64,000 nucleotides of DNA from Octopus bimaculoides (Eukaryota): positions 6,345,696 through 6,409,695 of the forward strand of contig NC_068994.1 in the NCBI RefSeq assembly GCF_001194135.2. The letters are read 5' to 3'. Numbering within the stretch: position 1 is the stretch's first letter; the number at the start of each line of letters is the position of its first letter. The position numbers and the translations under genes were made by a program. The notes under the pieces are model-generated. The model ran no database searches, was not told the DNA's origin, and was given only the letters and a program-made list of their open reading frames with translations. This document shows positions 52,466 through 64,000 of this stretch, piece by piece.

Positions 52466-53428
52466 GCACACATATGCGGACTATCAATTTAATGTTTTAT
52501 TCATACGTAAAAACACATATGTACATACGTACATACATATATATGTGTGTGTGTGTGTGTGTGTNNNNNNNNNNNNNNNNNNNNNNNNNNNNNNNNNNNN
52601 NNNNNNNNNNNNNNNNNNNNNNNNNNNNNNNNNNNNNNNNNNNNNNNNNNNNNNNNNNNNNNNNNNNNNNNNNNNNNNNNNNNNNNNNNNNNNNNNNNNN
52701 NNNNNNNNNNNNNNNNNNNNNNNNNNNNNNNNNNNNNNNNNNNNNNNNNNNNNNNNNNNNNNNNNNNNNNNNNNNNNNNNNNNNNNNNNNNNNNNNNNNN
52801 NNNNNNNNNNNNNNNNNNNNNNNNNNNNNNNNNNNNNNNNNNNNNNNNNNNNNNNNNNNNNNNNNNNNNNNNNNNNNNNNNNNNNNNNNNNNNNNNNNNN
52901 NNNNNNNNNNNNNNNNNNNNNNNNNNNNNNNNNNNNNNNNNNNNNNNNNNNNNNNNNNNNNNNNNNNNNNNNNNNNNNNNNNNNNNNNNNNNNNNNNNNN
53001 NNNNNNNNNNNNNNNNNNNNNNNNNNNNNNNNNNNNNNNNNNNNNNNNNNNNNNNNNNNNNNNNNNNNNNNNNNNNNNNNNNNNNNNNNNNNNNNNNNNN
53101 NNNNNNNNNNNNNNNNNNNNNNNNNNNNNNNNNNNNNNNNNNNNNNNNNNNNNNNNNNNNNNNNNNNNNNNNNNNNNNNNNNNNNNNNNNNNNNNNNNNN
53201 NNNNNNNNNNNNNNNNNNNNNNNNNNNNNNNNNNNNNNNNNNNNNNNNNNNNNNNNNNNNNNNNNNNNNNNNNNNNNNNNNNNNNNNNNNNNNNNNNNNN
53301 NNNNNNNNNNNNNNNNNNNNNNNNNNNNNNNNNNNNNNNNNNNNNNNNNNNNNNNNNNNNNNNNNNNNNNNNNNNNNNNNNNNNNNNNNNNNNNNNNNNN
53401 NNNNNNNNNNNNNNNNNNNNNTATATAT

Positions 53429-53507
<79 letters not shown>

Positions 53508-54040
53508 CGCAAACAGACAAACAGACGAACGGACAGATAGACAGACAGCCATAAATATACGTACAGACTGATTCGCAGACATAGATAGACGGAAGATCTT
53601 CAACCTCCGAGAAACTCACCCACAGCAAATTGTTACAAAACGTTGTAGATTAAATTTACTGTGTATGACAGCATGGAATTGATGGAGTTGTTGATTTTTG
53701 GCAGTGGTGGTGGTGCTGTTGTGGGGGGCGGGGTGTGTGCTTCTTGTACTTTATTGGTAATGCTGCTGGTCGTGTCTGCTATTGTGGTGATGACTTTTTG
53801 ATCTTGTAGTGGTGGAGGCGGTGGGATAGTCCATTATAAATAACTCCGCACAAAACTACTTAATGCCTTTGTGGTTTTGAGGTGATTGAATAGACGTAAA
53901 ATATGGTAATTTTTCTGTTAACCGTCGCACTTGTATTCCGTTCACACCATATTAAGGTTGACATGGAGAAAATTGAATCAGCCGAATAAATGAGAAACTT
54001 GCTGCTTTTCGACATATGTCAATCCGAGAAATGGCGGCCG

Positions 54041-54130
<90 letters not shown>

Positions 54131-54444
54131 GATTATTATTATTATTATTATTATTATTATCATCATCATCATCATCATCGTCATCATCGTCATCATCATC
54201 ATCGTCATCATCATCATCATCATCATAATTGTTATTNNNNNNNNNNNNNNNNNNNNNNNNNNNNNNNNNNNNNNNNNNNNNNNNNNNNNNNNNNNNNNNN
54301 NNNNNNNNNNNNNNNNNNNNNNNNNNNNNNNNNNNNNNNNNNNNNNNNNNNNNNNNNNNNNNNNNNNNNNNNNNNNNNNNNNNNNNNNNNNNNNNNNNNN
54401 NNNNNNNNNNNNNNNNNNNNATTATTATTATTATTATTATTATT

Positions 54445-54557
<113 letters not shown>

Positions 54558-54576
54558 TATTATTATTATTATTATT

Positions 54577-55280
54577 TAAGGCGGCGAACGGGCAGAAACG
54601 TCGGCACGCCGGGCGAAATGCTTAGCGGTATTTCGTCTGTCTTTACGTTCTGAGTTCAAATTCCGCGGCGGTCGACTTTGCCTTTCATCCTTTCGGGATC
54701 GAAAAATTAAGTACCAGTTGCGTGCTGAGGGTCATTCTAGTCGACTGGCTCCCTCCCCAAATATTTCGGGCATTGTGCCTAGAATAGAAAAGATTATTAT
54801 TATTATTATTATTATTGCTGTTGTTGTTGTTGTTATTATTTAAGTCGGCGAACTTTAACGCTCGGGAAGCACGTCGGGCTAAATGCTAAGCGGTATTTCG
54901 CCCGTCGCTGCGTTCTGAGTTCGAATGCCGCTGGGGTCGACGTAGCCTTCATCCCTTTCGGAGTTGATAAAATAAGCACCATTTGAATACTAGGATCGAC
55001 GTAAGCCAGTTACCCCGTCCACCCTCCCACCGAAATTGCTGATCGTGTGCCAAGATTTGAAACCGTTATTACTCAGGCAGCAATCTGCCAGAATCGTTAG
55101 CAAGCCGGACAACATACTGAGCTTTATTTCTTCTGACTTCACGCTTGGGATCAAAATGTCACCGAAGCCGACCTTGCCTTTCATCCTTCGGGATCGATAA
55201 AATAAGTGCCAAGTCAAATACAGGGTATGGGGGGTAATTGACCAGTCCCATCCGTGCAAAATACCTGAATTTGTGCCAAG
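54577..55280 (+). mobile_element. Chain of three SINE family 1 copies of increasing divergence
   Basis: 54577-54792 (young), 54841-55068 and 55074-55280. The first is flanked by (ATT)n on both sides. Confidence 0.85.
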
Positions 55281-55351
55281 AACTTTTCTTCGATTTCTTT
55301 GGTGCCCAATCTATTATTATATGCCATTCAAAAGACTATAATCTTACATCT

Positions 55352-55423
<72 letters not shown>

Positions 55424-55567
55424 TGTGTCCTCTATAATCATATCTGATCTCCTCGCTTCAATAATATGGTCAGTCTTTATAAGGAAATCCCACAGAATCC
55501 TGTAATTATTATTATTCGCTGTCACAACCGTTGGTTCGTGTTCATACCACTTTACTGTCACTTTCAC
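55275..55567 (-). mobile_element. Restriction-like endonuclease domain fragment of an R4/Dong-like retrotransposon, interrupted by (GAAA)n
   Basis: Reads [42 protein letters not shown][TK-(KER)n]RCKIIVF*...KEIEEK. This is the WY.H.P ... ILWDF.I.TD..I.ARRPD....D motif with the catalytic PD changed to SD. Confidence 0.85.
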
Positions 55568-55608
55568 AGCTGGATGGATGAATGGGTGGATGGATGGATG
55601 GATGGATG

Positions 55609-55704
<96 letters not shown>

Positions 55705-55789
55705 TAGATAGATAGATAGATAGATAGACAGGCAGGCAGACAGGCAGGCAGGCAGACAGATAGACAGATAGACAGACAGACAGACAGAC

Positions 55790-55828
<39 letters not shown>

Positions 55829-55891
55829 ATGAACGAAATCAAGACAGGAAAATTTAAAAAGGCAAAATAAACAAATAAATAAATAATAACA

Positions 55892-55925
<34 letters not shown>

Positions 55926-56008
55926 AGACGAAAAAAGGGAAAATGATGATGATGATGATGATGAACGAACGAACGAACGAACGAAAGAAAGAAAGAAAGA
56001 AAGAAATA

Positions 56009-56051
<43 letters not shown>

Positions 56052-57332
56052 GAAGAAAGAAACTCAAACCCCAAAGCGTGAGAGATCGAAAGCTGTTGGT
56101 GTGGAGAATTTTCAATATTTAACTCAAAGAAAATATGTGATGGGCAATTAGCCATTTTTGAGGCTGACAGAGCTAAATTTTAATAAGTTTCACAGAGATG
56201 TACTCTTCGCAGCTTCAAGCAGACGACCATTTTAAATGATTGCTTCCTGTTTTTCCTTTTTTATTTTTGTTTTCTTTTTGAATGGAGGGTGTCNNNNNNN
56301 NNNNNNNNNNNNNNNNNNNNNNNNNNNNNNNNNNNNNNNNNNNNNNNNNNNNNNNNNNNNNNNNNNNNNNNNNNNNNNNNNNNNNNNNNNNNNNNNNNNN
56401 NNNNNNNNNNNNNNNNNNNNNNNNNNNNNNNNNNNNNNNNNNNNNNNNNNNNNNNNNNNNNNNNNNNNNNNNNNNNNNNNNNNNNNNNNNNNNNNNNNNN
56501 NNNNNNNNNNNNNNNNNNNNNNNNNNNNNNNNNNNNNNNNNNNNNNNNNNNNNNNNNNNNNNNNNNNNNNNNNNNNNNNNNNNNNNNNNNNNNNNNNNNN
56601 NNNNNNNNNNNNNNNNNNNNNNNNNNNNNNNNNNNNNNNNNNNNNNNNNNNNNNNNNNNNNNNNNNNNNNNNNNNNNNNNNNNNNNNNNNNNNNNNNNNN
56701 NNNNNNNNNNNNNNNNNNNNNNNNNNNNNNNNNNNNNNNNNNNNNNNNNNNNNNNNNNNNNNNNNNNNNNNNNNNNNNNNNNNNNNNNNNNNNNNNNNNN
56801 NNNNNNNNNNNNNNNNNNNNNNNNNNNNNNNNNNNNNNNNNNNNNNNNNNNNNNNNNNNNNNNNNNNNNNNNNNNNNNNNNNNNNNNNNNNNNNNNNNNN
56901 NNNGTGTGTGTGTGTGTGTGTGTGCTTATGTGTGTGTGTGTGTATGTATGTGTGTGTGTATGTGTGTATGCGAATGTGTGCATGTGCGTATGTGTGTGCC
57001 TATGTGTTTGTGCGTATGCGTGAGAGAGGGAGAGAGAAAGTACACATGTGAAAGAGCGAAAGAGAATATATATATATATATACACACACACACATGCACG
57101 CACGCACACGCAAGGCTTTACTTTGGCCCGGGGCTACGGTAGAAGATACTTGCTCAAGATGCCACGCAGTGGGACTGAACCCAGAACCATGTGGTTGGTA
57201 AGCAAAATTCTTATCATGCCTACTTTGCTTTTCACTATTTCTGGATCGATAAACAAAGTACCAGTCATGTACTAATGTCGAGGCTGACTTTAATTCTCTT
57301 TTCTTTCGTTTTTCTCTCTTTCTTCATCTCTC

Positions 57333-57385
<53 letters not shown>

Positions 57386-59744
57386 CTATCTTTCCTCCTC
57401 CCTCCTTCATTGATTTCTGCGTTGCGCCGTAAGAAGAGCTATGGGGGAAACTACGTCCCTTGCACCCAAAAAGAGAAAAGGTACAACCAAACTTTTTTCA
57501 TAGAAATAAAAAGAAGAAAAGAAAAAAATAGCATGGAACTGGAATCGCCAAAAGACGAACCGATGTTGCAATTACAGCGGGAAACGGTAAGAGGAAAAGA
57601 TGAGACATGGCTAACATGATGGACACAGTCGAAGATAATCTACCATGGTGCCTAACACTTGGCAATTCTTAGTATTTCTATAGATACGAAGCAGGGCAGC
57701 TTGTTATCTGTACTGGAAAATGTGTAGCCATTGAGAAGCAGCATCTACATAAATCTTGCGTGGAGAGGAAGATAAGAACTAACGGCCCGATATTTGCATC
57801 GGGGACGGATTTAAAACAATAATTTGTACATAACTGATCGATATGACAAGACCGACTTGTAAAAATAAATCTCAATAAAGAATGATGATATTCATTGACA
57901 AAACAAAAACCTGGATTTGGAGATAATGGTTTTTTTTTTTTAATGTTGCGGTTGGTGTTTATTTGCGCTTAACTAATCTGGAAGTAACCAAAAGGATTAC
58001 TTGGATTGTTGTGTCGTTCGTACTTTATCGCTTATGTTTTACTTGTTTCAGTCGTTGGACTACGGCCACACTGGGGCACCGACACGAGGGGTTTTAGTCG
58101 AACAGATCGACCCTAGTCTCTCTTTATACATACACACGCTAATACACGACCTATGTTATATTCCCCACTCATGTTTATACAACGAAAGGGGCAAAACTAG
58201 CCGGTAAACAGCACTTACTCGGTATTACCTGTATCTTTGGGTTTGGTTGAATCCAATACCCTTCATAACCTTTATATNNNNNNNNNNNNNNNNNNNNNNN
58301 NNNNNNNNNNNNNNNNNNNNNNNNNNNNNNNNNNNNNNNNNNNNNNNNNNNNNNNNNNNNNNNNNNNNNNNNNNNNNNNNNNNNNNNNNNNNNNNNNNNN
58401 NNNNNNNNNNNNNNNNNNNNNNNNNNNNNNNNNNNNNNNNNNNNNNNNNNNNNNNNNNNNNNNNNNNNNNNNNNNNNNNNNNNNNNNNNNNNNNNNNNNN
58501 NNNNNNNNNNNNNNNNNNNNNNNNNNNNNNNNNNNNNNNNNNNNNNNNNNNNNNNNNNNNNNNNNNNNNNNNNNNNNNNNNNNNNNNNNNNNNNNNNNNN
58601 NNNNNNNNNNNNNNNNNNNNNNNNNNNNNNNNNNNNNNNNNNNNNNNNNNNNNNNNNNNNNNNNNNNNNNNNNNNNNNNNNNNNNNNNNNNNNNNNNNNN
58701 NNNNNNNNNNNNNNNNNNNNNNNNNNNNNNNNNNNNNNNNTATATATATATATATATATATATATATGCAGTTGGAGCCTATTAAAAATGCATTGCTTGC
58801 TACACATCAAACCAGCCAATCACCACCAACTGAACATTCCGGAGAGAAGTGACGACAGGGGATTATATATGTATGTACGTACGCCTGTATGTATGTATGT
58901 ATGTATGTATTACTGTCATGCAGCGTTTCTGTTATTGTTATTGTTATTGGGGGGTTTTTTTCGTTCGTATTTTTCGTGTGAATGCGGATATTAATGTCAC
59001 CTTTTCTAAATCACACGAAAATTTGCTCCGTGACATTGCGAAATATGACTGCACGAAACGTAATAAATATCTAATGAGAGCATTAAAGATATTCTTGCAA
59101 GGAATTTGGGTTAGCTTTTTCAATGGTTGAATTTTAAAACTATACCTTTACGTTGATGACTATAGACATGTATACAGAAGTATTTGGTAGTCGTTGTCGT
59201 TATAATTGACATTACTCCTTTATGTGTATTTCAAGCATGATTGTGCTGGGCTTGGAAAATTGTTATTTAGGTGCAGGCGTGGGGTGGCGGTTGGAGGTAA
59301 GAAGTTTGCTTCTCAATCGCATAGTTCCGGGTTCGTTCCCACTGTGTGGTACACTGTGCAAGTGTCTTCCACTCTTAGTCCCCTGGATCGACCAAAGCCT
59401 TGTGAGTGGATTTGGTAAAGGGAAACTAAAAGAAGCCTGTTGTATGTAATCATGAATATATCTGTGTAGGTGTGCGTCTGTGTGTGTGGTACGTGTGTGT
59501 GTAAGTGCGTGTGTATATGTGTGTGTGAGTGCGTGTGTATATGTGTGTGTATGTGTGTGTGTGTGTGTGTGTGTCTGTGTGTGTTGTGTGGTGTGGTGTG
59601 TGTGAGTGCGTCTGTATATGTGTGCATGTGTGTGTGTGTGCGTGTGTATATGTATGTGTGTGCCAGGGGAAGGAAGAACAAGCAGGTGGATTAGTTTAAC
59701 GCTCAGGAAGAATGGAAGTCTTTGACGTTTCAAGCCTACGCTCT

Positions 59745-59779
<35 letters not shown>

Positions 59780-60554
59780 CATATACATACACACGATGGG
59801 CTTCTTTCACTTTCCGTCAACTAAATCCGCTCACAAATCTTTGGTCAGCCCGGGTCTATACTAGAAAACATTTGCTCAAGGTGCCACGCAGTGAGACCGA
59901 CCCCATAACTAAGTGGCCTGGAATCAAAGAGATTCAGTTGTTCTTTTTAACCGTTAAGTACTTTCAATCTGCTCTCATCTTGCATTCAACTAACACCACT
60001 TATAAAAAACAAAACTAAACACGGTTGACGAGGGACGTTTCTTTAAATTCTGAGTTCAAAACCTGCCATAATCAACTTTACCTTTCATCGTTCCAATTTC
60101 AATCTAATTTCAATGATAAAGTACCGGCTAAATACTGGGGTCGACCTTATAGACATTTTTTCCTTTCTTTTTCTTTTTGTCCTTCCCAACGAATTTGTGA
60201 TTCTATGGCAATGATAAAAATCAATATTTTCATGCTTTAAGACTCTAATATTTTCCCAATAATCCACCACTCTGTTATTCTCCTATTCTATTATTCCGAT
60301 ATTTTACTATTCCACTGGTTTACGCAGACGAGTTTGATTTGTTCGTTTCTTGGTCTTGTATTATAATTCCATTCACATCGAGGATGCTTTATAGGAATAT
60401 TAAATAGACTTCAGTACTTGATTGGTACTTGAGCTCAGCTTTCTTGTAACATCGAATGGAACTAGAAACAGCATCATAGAGCTGCTGCCGATGTTTCTTC
60501 TGTTATTGCTGTTGCATGAATATTTATGTATAAGCTGTTGAAAAATGACTCGGC

Positions 60555-60765
60555 AAAACAAGATCTCAGACGCGGAGGCTCCCCCCTTGAACTGACCTGC
60601 CAAGCATTTATAAATTGAGGAGAGCGCTGGTCAGGTGGGCAAGCCACTTTGTTCGAATGCCTGACACGCGGCTCCCCGAGAGACTTTTACTGCGAACTGG
60701 CGGAAAGGAAGCTTGCCCATGGTGGACAAAAAAGGCGTTTCAAGAATATATCCAAAGCCTCACTG
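60555..60765 (+). mobile_element. RTE-clade LINE ORF C-terminal fragment
   Basis: Reads KISDAE.../LPSIYKLRRALVRWASHFVRMPDTRLPERLL/CELAERKLAHGGQKKRFKNISKASL, matching the RTE RW.GH..RM...RLPK....GEL..G.R..GG.KKR.KD pattern, with frameshifts. Confidence 0.8.
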
Positions 60766-60909
60766 GAATAAATAAACTTGTTTCGCGTTGGCAAAAGTGT
60801 ATTGATTCTGATGGTGTTTATTTCGATTAATAAAGTTTTGTTTGAGCCGAGATATGTGCATCTAAATTTAAAGGTTAAGAACCGCAAGAACTTTCTCGAC
60901 AACCTAATA
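60762..60909 (+). mobile_element. Mariner transposon 3' end (transposase tail and right TIR)
   Basis: Reads TGINKLVSRWQKCIDSDGVYFD* (stop at 60830). The terminus ...CCGCAAGAACTTTCTCGACAACCTAATA has reverse complement TATTAGGTTG..., a canonical mariner TIR with TA. Confidence 0.85.
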
Positions 60910-61306
60910 GATATTTTTGTTTGTCTGCAGTTACTAGTATGACATCATATTTATATTTCCATTTGAACTTTTATCAAAATATATATTATTTTATTTACAT
61001 GTTTACCGTTGTAAAAGTGCTTATACTCTCATACACGTATATATATATATATATATANNNNNNNNNNNNNNNNNNNNNNNNNNNNNNNNNNNNNNNNNNN
61101 NNNNNNNNNNNNNNNNNNNNNNNNNNNNNNNNNNNNNNNNNNNNNNNNNNNNNNNNNNNNNNNNNNNNNNNNNNNNNNNNNNNNNNNNNNNNNNNNNNNN
61201 NNNNNNNNNNNNNNNCCAACAGAAACGAAAACGAATTAAAATAACCATACATCTAAATATACAAAGATGGCGGCTTAAATATGAGTAAAAACGGACGGCA
61301 ACACAG

Positions 61307-61344
<38 letters not shown>

Positions 61345-61744
61345 CTGTGCGTGCGTGACTCTGTGTGTATGTGTGTTTGTGTTTTTGTGTGTGGGAGGAA
61401 ACTTTACAACTGAATGTTTCTTTGCTCGTGTTTCTTTATGTGTACATGAAGGGAAAGAGAGAGAGAGGGGGAGAGGGAAGGAGGAATAGAGTGAGAGAGA
61501 GAGAGAGAGAGAGTGCGCGTGTGTGTATAGTGTGTAGTGTCTGTGTGTCTGTGTGTGTGTGTGTGTATAAAAATGAACAAAAATGTGTTAAAACTAACAA
61601 TTTCGTGAAATCTTATTTTAAAGTATTTTTTGAGGAAGACTCATGGAACAAAGTATGTAGTGACGTAGATAATAGCGTAAATTATTATTATTATCATCAT
61701 TATTATTATTGTTATCATTATTATTATTATCATTATTATTATTA

Positions 61745-61809
<65 letters not shown>

Positions 61810-61863
61810 GAATTTAAAACATTCTAAGGAATATGTCTGTATATGTATGTGTGTGTATGTATG

Positions 61864-61896
<33 letters not shown>

Positions 61897-62704
61897 GTGT
61901 GTGTATGTAAGCTCGTCGAAACGCCGGTGTTAAAACGTGGGTAGCTGAAGAAGTAGAATGTTCTCTATGTGGCTCGTGTGTTCTCGTCTACGTTTGTGTG
62001 CAATGTCCTGTACCCAGATATGCACCTATACATACAGGTGGATGTCGGTATGCACATACCTGTACGTATATATGCATATACTCATTTACTTTTGTTTATA
62101 CATTTATGTATATGTTTGTATGCAAAGAGGAGAGATCATGTCCACGTCTTGTGTGTGAATTTTCCGTATGTTCCTTTGTTGTCTTTCTGTGCAAGTTTTG
62201 TGTGTGTGTGTGCGCGTGCGCGCGCGCGTGTGTGTGTGTGTGTGTATTAATGCTAAAACAGAATTTTGCTGCAGCCTTGGTCAGCCTTGCACGTGATCAG
62301 TTCATGCATTGGTACTGATTTCCCATAAGGAATTGAACGACGACTCCTGGAGTCATTTCAGACGAAGAGTCATTTTAGAGTTCTCTTTCTCTCTCTCTCT
62401 CTCTCTGCCGGGTATACGGTGCCTGACGGTTTCTTGCCAAGTGGCTAAAAATACATTCACCGTTCCGCCAGAACCGATCACCGTTATCGATTACGAAAAA
62501 AGAGCAACCGAGATCAGATATTCACGTTGGAATCTTCCAGAACATCAGTGATATCCTTTTGTTGAGTCCCAGACTCATAAAGTCGGTTCCTCGGTTTCCA
62601 TGCTATATAAAGTGATCGACATTACAATATTCCAATTGGACGGGGCGCCGATCAGTTGCAGAGTTCAAAACCCAGTAATTTTGAGGAAAGAGAACAAGCA
62701 GATT

Positions 62705-63066
62705 CCTTCGAGACCAGTGCTTGACTGGTACTTTCTTTTATCAATCCCGAAAGAATGAAAGACAAATTTGGTCATAGAGAACCGGAAGAAATGCTGCTAA
62801 GCATTTTGTCCGGCGTGCCAACGATTCTGCCAGCTAGCCGTCCTTTTAACAATGGGTTTCAAATTTTGAAAGAAAGCCAGCAAACTCAGGGATGGGTGTA
62901 TGTCTACTACATCAATCGCAATGCTCAGCTGGTATTTATTTTGTTGACCTCGAAAGAATGAAAGGTAAAGATGACCTCAGCGTAATTTGAACTGAGAACG
63001 TAAAAACGGACGAAATACCGCTAAGCATTTTGTCCGACGCGCTAACGACCCTGCCCAGTTTGCCAT
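62705..63066 (-). mobile_element. Two diverged SINE family 1 copies in tandem
   Basis: Core-like segments at about 62725-62765 and 62930-62990, each followed by a reverse-complement head (AATGCTGCTAAGCATTTTGTCC, AATACCGCTAAGCATTTTGTCC). Confidence 0.7.
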
Positions 63067-63856
63067 CCTCTAAATACCGAATAGCTCATAATAGTTTCTC
63101 TCAAACATTAGTACCCCGTACGTAATTTATTTCTAGTCGTTTTCAGTCTCATTTATGCTTTTCTAGTCACAATTCATCTCGTTTCTAAAATAATTTTCCC
63201 CACACTGCATTTTTTAAAAAAATTCTATTTCTATCTGCAAAGAAATTTCCTATTAAAGTTTCTTTAATTCTCGTTTCTCTTTCTTTCTAAGTTATTTAAC
63301 TTTAATTTATTGTTTTTATACATAGAACTCAATTTCACACACTCTGCCTACTTCTTTTTACTCCACCGACTTTTTTCTCATTTTCTTCTTGTCTGCCAAC
63401 CACGTAACTCTTCCTTGTTTGTAACGAATTTTTCAAACACTCTCTCTCTGTAATAAAAAAAAAATGTTAACCCTCTTTTATATATACATACATACATACA
63501 TAGACACGCAGACACACACACACACATACGTGCATACATATATACATACATAAATACATACATACATACATACATACATAGACACCAACACATACGTGCA
63601 ACACACATACGTACATACATACATACATGCATACATGCATACATACATGCATGCATACATACATACATGCACATATCGATACGTACCGCCAAATTATCTT
63701 CTATATACACATACATAAATACATACATACATACATACATACATAGACACCAACGCATACGTGCAACACACATACGTACGTACATACATACATACATACA
63801 TGCATGCATGCATACATACATACATACATACATACATACATACATACAAACATACA

Positions 63857-63887
<31 letters not shown>

Positions 63888-64000
63888 CGATACGTACCGC
63901 CAAATTATCTTCTATATTTATTAACTTCAAATCTCTGAATGTATTTTAAAATAATAAATAGCCTTTAAGCCCTCTAGTCCTAATATAAACATTTTTCATC

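Overview
This is animal (eukaryotic) genomic DNA, very probably an octopus draft assembly. That assignment is inferred from the extreme microsatellite load, the tRNA-derived SINE families and the mollusc-like receptor sequence. About 13 kb (26 runs of N, roughly 20%) is gap, and most gaps are flanked by microsatellites. The only host coding sequence I can support is two + strand exons (49118-49363 and 49956-50152). They encode part of the amino-terminal (LIVBP-like) domain of an AMPA/kainate-type ionotropic glutamate receptor resembling molluscan GluRs, and splice sites and reading frame agree. Other exons are not visible and must lie in gaps or outside the window, so most of the window is probably intron or flank. 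The rest is three SINE families plus decayed remnants of RLE-type (R4/Dong-like), RTE, APE-type and Penelope-like retroelements, a DD37D (maT-like) transposase, a mariner end and a Tigger-like MITE. Almost all supplied ORFs are microsatellite or N-gap artefacts. I found no convincing new biological system. The best leads are RNA-structure candidates in the probable receptor pre-mRNA (a 42-bp hairpin, inverted SINE pairs around the two exons, a hammerhead-like core), a TAA-embedded RLE retroelement, two SINEs sharing a 5' flank, and an RTE-mariner junction. All are hypotheses.
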